The notes under the pieces were generated by a model. That model did no database searches, was not told the origin of the DNA, and saw nothing but the letters and a program-made list of their open reading frames with translations. A stretch of 63,551 nt of DNA, counting the filler, from Phoronis australis (taxonomy: Eukaryota > Animalia > Phoronida): the NCBI GenBank assembly GCA_002633005.1. It is 8 parts of 8 records of this genome, joined end to end, with 100 filler letters (N's around TTAATTAATTAA, not from the genome) between each part and the next. Parts side by side here need not be neighbours in the genome. Positions count along the whole stretch, not along the records: positions 52,275 to 58,430 come from NMRA01002216.1; positions 58,531 to 61,491 come from NMRA01003303.1; positions 61,592 to 63,551 come from NMRA01001189.1; 5 more parts are not named here. One strand, 5' to 3'. Both the position numbers and the translations under genes were made by a program. Below, in pieces: positions 57,573 through 63,551 of the stretch. Numbering within the stretch: the first letter of the stretch is position 1; every line of letters begins with the position of its first letter.

Positions 57573-60500
57573 TTAAGCCATCGAAAATGAAAAACGGAAA
57601 TTCCGAAAATTATTTTTGTGCAAAATTGGTGAGATTTTACATTATTTCTTAAGACGCCCCATGTACTTGTCATAGACAATGCATACATGACTTGGCGCTT
57701 TTCTTTTTCCAGCAGAATTCCCCATGAAAGGATGTATTTTTCACATAATTCCCAATGAAAGCAACTCTTCAAAAAATAGTGATGTTACAAATTAAAACTT
57801 GATGAAATGGCAACTTTTATAAAAATTCTGAACTTCACCACAACAAAAATTAACTCCACTGGGAGCCAGTCTCGTTTCTTCACAAATGGTGAAATCACTC
57901 TTACCTATAGCATCCTTTTTTCAAGAACGCAATGTTTTTCTCACAAGATCGATGTTCATGAGAAAAGAATGCTATCAGTGAATACGCCTGTACAGTTGAC
58001 ACAGAGGAAAACTGAGGGTACCCTAGCTGTAACAGACAGTAGAAGCTGGTATTTATTTTAACAACTAGACAGAGAAATATCATGTGGTCCATGATGTCTA
58101 ATAAAAACAAACTGAACACAGAAATGCAGATAGTGCCTCCTAGTGTATGGCCAAGTTCCAAAAACACTGGGCGCATGACTTCAATCATGACGCATTCTCA
58201 TTTCCAATCCACCACAGCAATCAGAGGGTATAAACTAAGATGGCCTGCTGAACACATCACGCATGATGCATCGATGCACAATTAAAACTTGCTAGTTAAG
58301 AAAACAGAAGCACTTATGTTATTGGCATTGTCTTTAAGCTTTCTCATGCCATCAGGTTCGTTAACGCACGCAATAGGAAACACAGACCTTGGGTGGGAAG
58401 GAAGGACCCAAAATATGGGACAAGGCAAAANNNNNNNNNNNNNNNNNNNNNNNNNNNNNNNNNNNNNNNNNNNNTTAATTAATTAANNNNNNNNNNNNNN
58501 NNNNNNNNNNNNNNNNNNNNNNNNNNNNNNAACCAGGAAATAGTCTCCCTTGGAGTTTTGATAGGTAATATAGCTTGATAGGTTTTATAGCTTGATTTAG
58601 ATTAAGTGACTTGCAATGCTGCATCTGCAATACAGTGTAGTGTGTGATCTAATCTGGGTTGCTTTGGATTCATCAAATTAGAACACAATATGACAGAAAA
58701 GTAAAATTTATTTGATGAAAAAAATTGACAAGGATAAACAAGAAGACAATTTTACTTGATTATTTGAAAACTTTATTATGGTATAGCTGTTACCAACAAA
58801 AAGATGATGAAATTTTGAAAATTTTTGGCAATACAGTGAAAAGGGAAAAATGAATATTTTGGCAATTGATTTTGTTCAAATTTGAGGACACCTTATCGTA
58901 CTTAGTCTATTGTGGACCGTTTGACTTTCTGAACTGTTCAAGTCTATTTTGGAACTGCCTTTTAAGCCCACTATTAAGACCCTGTGCACCGCCCTGGAAC
59001 TGCAATCAGTTTGGGTTATTTTGGGTTATGTAAGGTATCTGGAACAGGTGGTTTAAAAATTTAAATCATATTCCTGAACCACCATGTTGTTTTCAAGAGC
59101 AGGTGCATGGCAGTAAATGTTAAGTGGATGGTGTTTAGTTGGAAGCTTGCTGTGTACTTTGTGTGAATTTAACAGGTATGTGAATACCCCTGGACCACTC
59201 TGCAAAGAGAAGTCCCTATACCTGTAGAAAGCGTATTTACTGTTTTGTTTCTTAGGTATAGTTACCAATGTCATGCAAAGATGATTGCCAAAGTTGATAT
59301 GTTTCCATTTTTCAGTGGTTCTAACATTGTTTGGAATGACCAAAATTTGACATAACATTGAATCATGGTAACTGTAGTATAAAACTAAAAGTGATTATGG
59401 TAAACCTGGATGAGAATTTTAAACGGATTACTTGCTCAAAGTCAAACATACGAAAATGTGTAACCCGTGTAAAAAGTGTGTAAAGCGTGTAAAAATATGA
59501 CATGTTATGTGTCAAACAGGTAAAACTGTTTTGGACTGGGGATAGAGCTAGAAAATTACAGTGAAAAATTCCCGAGGTTGTGACAATGAAAACTGATTAC
59601 TTTATTCAAGGTCGGATCTCATACCAAATGTTAGAAATAGTCAACATTGGTTGTCCCGAGTTTAAGGAGTATGATCATTGACAAGCAATCATCTCCTTTG
59701 GTGCTTCACACTATGGGAATCCATGAATATATTGCGTCTGTGATTATTTGAACTGGCAAGTCTATTTTCAGACTCAGTTTTGTGTTATTCCAGGGTTGCG
59801 ATTATCGTTTTAAGATATAAGAATTGACGGTTTGGCAAACATGTTTATGTAAAATAACTGAAAAATTGTCCTCGGTCTAGCTTCTGGTTAACAATGGTTT
59901 CTAGTAGAGATTGAGTGTGGATCACATCAGCAATTAATCATTACAAGCTAGTGACAAGAGCTTATGAATAAGTCCACATAATTCTATACTTAATTATTAT
60001 TTTGATATTGGGAAATCTTTCTTTTGCTTCACTAATAACTATCGGAAAAATGCAGAAACGTGAAACATCAACACGATGTGTTCAGTCCATTGAAAAACTA
60101 GAAGCCCTTTCATGCTACTGTCAATGTCTTGGGGAGTTGCAGTCAGTGTGAACGATTAACTTTGGTCCTGGATTGAAGGTAACTGTGCCAGTGAGCTTCA
60201 TAGCAAAGAGGAAGATTCAACAGCGGAACGTCCATGCTGCGGTAGGGTATGAATGATCAACTTCGGTCTTATTGAAGTTATCACCAGGGCCATTGTTGTC
60301 GTCAACAAATAAGGGGCAGCATTATCGCTAATATTTTGCTCGAATAATCACCAATCGAATTAGAAATCAGTTTTATGTCAATTATCACAGTGCATGTAAA
60401 TTTTCTCAAATTCTCGCATTAAAATAATTTAAGTGCGCACGGTACGAAAAACCTGCCATTTCTCTGTCTACTTTTAACGGTACTTTATGCATCAGCGCTA

Positions 60501-60609
60501 CCTTGCAATAATTTGGATGACCCCGGTGTCTCCTATCGTTTACTTCCTTGCAGTTAATTACTGAAGCTGGTATGAATAGTTCAGTTAACTTCCAAGTTTA
60601 CACCAATAC

Positions 60610-60730
60610 TCTGCCCCTAACAGAAAGTTTACACCGATGCTTTGCCCCTGACAGAAAGTTTACACTGATGCTCTGCCCATTACTGAAAGTTTATGTGGAT
60701 GCTCTGCCCCTAATGATGCTCTGCCCCTAA
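60610..60730. repeat. Minisatellite, about 4 units of 31 bp
   Basis: CTCTGCCCCTAACAGAAAGTTTACACCGATG repeated with variants. Confidence 0.85.
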
Positions 60731-62534
60731 CCTAGTTAAATGAAAGACCTTTAGACTACCCTTAAATTCCACATAACCAATAAACCAATTATCAATTTGT
60801 AACTTAATGAGGTGGAATAATTTGTTTGGATAAGCATCAAACTACTTTAAGCACATTGGCCAAGTCCACTGCATAGCTAGGCACACAGTGATTTGTATTG
60901 TGCTTGCCTGTTGGAACTACTGTTCCTGAACTAATGCCAGAGTGGGAAATTCATCAAAACAGAGTAAGTGTTAAGTGCCCTTTGCACTTACAAAGTTGAC
61001 AGGGATCAGCTGACATGGAATATAACCAGTTGTTCCAGTGTGTAAACGGACTGACATGGAGCAAATTGACACCGTGGTGACAAATTTTTGCCACCTGTTT
61101 GTGAGGTAGAGCAATTTGCACCCGAACATCTTGCGCCGTGTCAGTTGTAAGTCTAAACGCGAAACTGGAGCAAAGCAGAAAGGATCATCTCTACTGCGCT
61201 TATGCAATGATCTTCATACGGGTTCTTTGTCTCTGCAACTCTCATCATTTGTAAACCTGCGCATGTGCGATCCAGTTTCTTCAGCCTGCAATTTCCGTCT
61301 TGCCACGGTTAGTGAGTTGTGTGTGTAAACGGCCGATTGACACGGGTCAATTTGCTCCGTGTCAGTTGCGCCGGGCCAAAAGTTGATGTCTAAATGGGAC
61401 TTTATTTAGATGTCCATTGATGAGTGCTTTGTTCTTTTCCACAGAGATTTGTACCAAATGTAAAATTGATGACTGTCCAGGGAAGGTTTAGNNNNNNNNN
61501 NNNNNNNNNNNNNNNNNNNNNNNNNNNNNNNNNNNTTAATTAATTAANNNNNNNNNNNNNNNNNNNNNNNNNNNNNNNNNNNNNNNNNNNNAAGTGAAAA
61601 ACAATCTAGTAAACGCCATTTTCTTGCATAATCCTCCGCCTTTTGTAACAAAAAGTCTGTCGTCGATAACCCGCACACGCACGCTCACTCACTCTCATAC
61701 GCAGACGAACTTCAAAACAAACGTCACGTGACAACAACATGTGTGTTCATCCAGAGATTTTTCTCGTGTTGTGGGCTACGATGTAGCGCAGATTTGGACT
61801 TAATCACAATTAATCTGGACTCCACGTGAACTTTAAAATTGTAAAACATAAGGAAGATTTCAGGTAATTTGTTGAGTCGAAACTATATTTTCATTCAAGA
61901 GTTCAAGTGATCCTATTGACGATCGCGATTCAGCGACGCATCAGTCGGCAAGTTTTCGCCCTGTGCACAATTTTTTGAAAAATTATTGTAATTTAACAAC
62001 GGAAGTTGATAGCAATGTACCATAATTTTGTAGAAAGGCTGTCATAGGCTACAACTACGTCACAGAGCGTAAATTTGATGAATACTAGCTTCCGATTTTA
62101 CCCGTTTGGGAAACCGGGTTTCAACTGCCGTAGGCTTGCTACAATAAGCGTACCATCCCCGTGAAATGAATTTTTTAAGCGTTTGTTTGAGCCAATACAG
62201 TATACAGCTTTCCACCAAGGCTAGGTGATGCAAGACATTATTCTTTGTTGCATTATAGTAACTGGTCTTGGCTAATTATCATTTTATGGCCTGGTCATCC
62301 ATTCAGCCAAAAGTAGTTCCAGAGGTGGCTTATCAGCCAATTATTCACGCATGCTGACTCGCAATAGAAGCCTGATAAGAGTGAAGGTGGATAAATGCTG
62401 TGTTCCTACAGTTTCTTGTTTTAGTGGACGTGTTCACGACATGCATGGCATGTCATTTTGTGTGCCAGGCATAGCCAAGCCACTGCAAACTGTCAGTTTG
62501 TTTCCAAGCTTAGAAACCATTTCTTAGCTAAGTA

Positions 62535-62707
62535 AGGATACCAGTTTGTTATATCACAATATTAGCGTCATATGGCAAATACAACCGCGTAATAACCCAT
62601 TTAGTTATCTCACTAGTGAGATAACATTTTGGTGACCGAGGCCGGATTCGAACCCGGGCCTCAAGAGTTGCGAGTCGCCGACTTTACCACTACACCACTC
62701 AGCGGCT
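62535..62707 (-). mobile_element. tRNA-derived SINE
   Basis: Minus strand A-box TGGTGTAGTGGT and B-box GGTTCGAATCC at tRNA spacing, but acceptor stem is poor; tRNA-unrelated body follows; 3' boundary approximate. Confidence 0.7.
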
Positions 62708-62715
62708 GACGTCAT

Positions 62716-62866
62716 CTTTGTTACTGCTGCCATATTACACATAATTCATTTGCTACTGTTATTATAGTACACATAATTCATTTGCTACTGTTGTGATATT
62801 ACACATAATTCATTTGCTACTGTTGTGATATTACACATAATTCATTTGTTACTGTTGTTATATTAC
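62716..62866. repeat. Minisatellite, about 4.5 units of 32 bp
   Basis: TTTGCTACTGTTGTGATATTACACATAATTCA repeated. Confidence 0.9.
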
Positions 62867-63551
62867 AGTATACATTGGTGAACAAGTTACTGCTCATGTT
62901 GAAGTTGAGGACATCAAAAAACAGTTTCTTATAATTAAAGCCAATTGCTTTGCTACTAGCACAAAAAAGGTAAGGCATTTTACCTCATAACATTTAGGCT
63001 GGGAAATTCACATTATGTGTTGACGAAGCAACTATTTTACTGTTAAGACATGACTGCCGTTTTCTTTGAAATATGTTTTATTTCAAATCACCTCGGTTTT
63101 GTTTTACAGAAATGATTAAAGGACATTACTGCATGTTTTCGATCAGATCTTCACAGATTGTCATATATTTCTTCTCAGCCTTCAACTTGAAGCAGATTGT
63201 GCTTGCCAGGAATGTTTCAGAGTAGTGAAAAGCATTGTGTTATAACTATCACTTTCTTTGTCATGTTTTGAGATATTTGGAGTGTCATCAGTTATTTCAG
63301 TTCCTTTGAGTATCTGAATTCTGACGTTTACAGGTTGTACTTCGAGGCACATTCGTGGTTACAGTCGATAAAGACAATGTTGTGAGGTGACTACGGGAAC
63401 CATGTCTGATATGAGGTTGCGCTCTCCTGCCAGGGGATGACGGGACACAACGCCTTTGAACGTCTTGTTTACCGCATTTACACTGGTGTCTCAATCAGAT
63501 TTTTTCCTGGTGGGGAAGCTTTACCTGTGTTAGGTTAAACCTAGTGGTGTC

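Noticed and set aside
59053-59358. Minus-strand ORF with VTIPKK..YR..SL, like a LINE RT motif
   Set aside because: Too degenerate to assign with confidence
62626-62707. Functional tRNA gene (also 1932-2007)
   Set aside because: A/B boxes present but acceptor and anticodon stems do not form properly; better explained as SINE heads
48040-63551. P2X exon 6 candidates after acceptors near 61444, 62410-62424 and 63109
   Set aside because: Phase-2 translations hit stops or lack the expected NFT..IKN...FP.F motif; the exon is probably beyond the window or in a gap

Overview
Eukaryotic, AT-rich, repeat-dense scaffold segment, probably from an invertebrate animal (inferred). It has seven artificial N44-TTAATTAATTAA-N44 gap spacers and one plain N gap. 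Two spliced host genes, largely invisible in the ORF track, are divergently oriented. (1) An MDM2/MDM4-family gene on the minus strand, with 8 coding exons traced from 8766 to 526: SWIB p53-binding domain, NLS and acidic region. Its start exon was not found, and the zinc-finger/RING exons should lie left of the window. (2) A P2X (P2X4-like) ATP-gated channel on the plus strand, with exons 1-5 at 32544-48039; later exons were not found in the window. The rest is mostly transposable elements: a CR1/L2-group LINE with a canonical 2A (StopGo) peptide; Tx1/L1-like, RTE, RTE-X-like and LOA/R1-like LINE relics; a young integrase-deleted Ty3/Gypsy element; MITEs, Helentron-like elements, tRNA-derived SINE heads and minisatellites. 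The most notable observation is a 1.94-kb internally deleted Kolobok DNA transposon (TTAA TSD, 158-bp TIRs, THAP transposase). It carries a KolX ORF resembling the P2X7 cytoplasmic ballast domain and sits downstream of exon 5 of the P2X gene, with KolX on the same strand as that gene.
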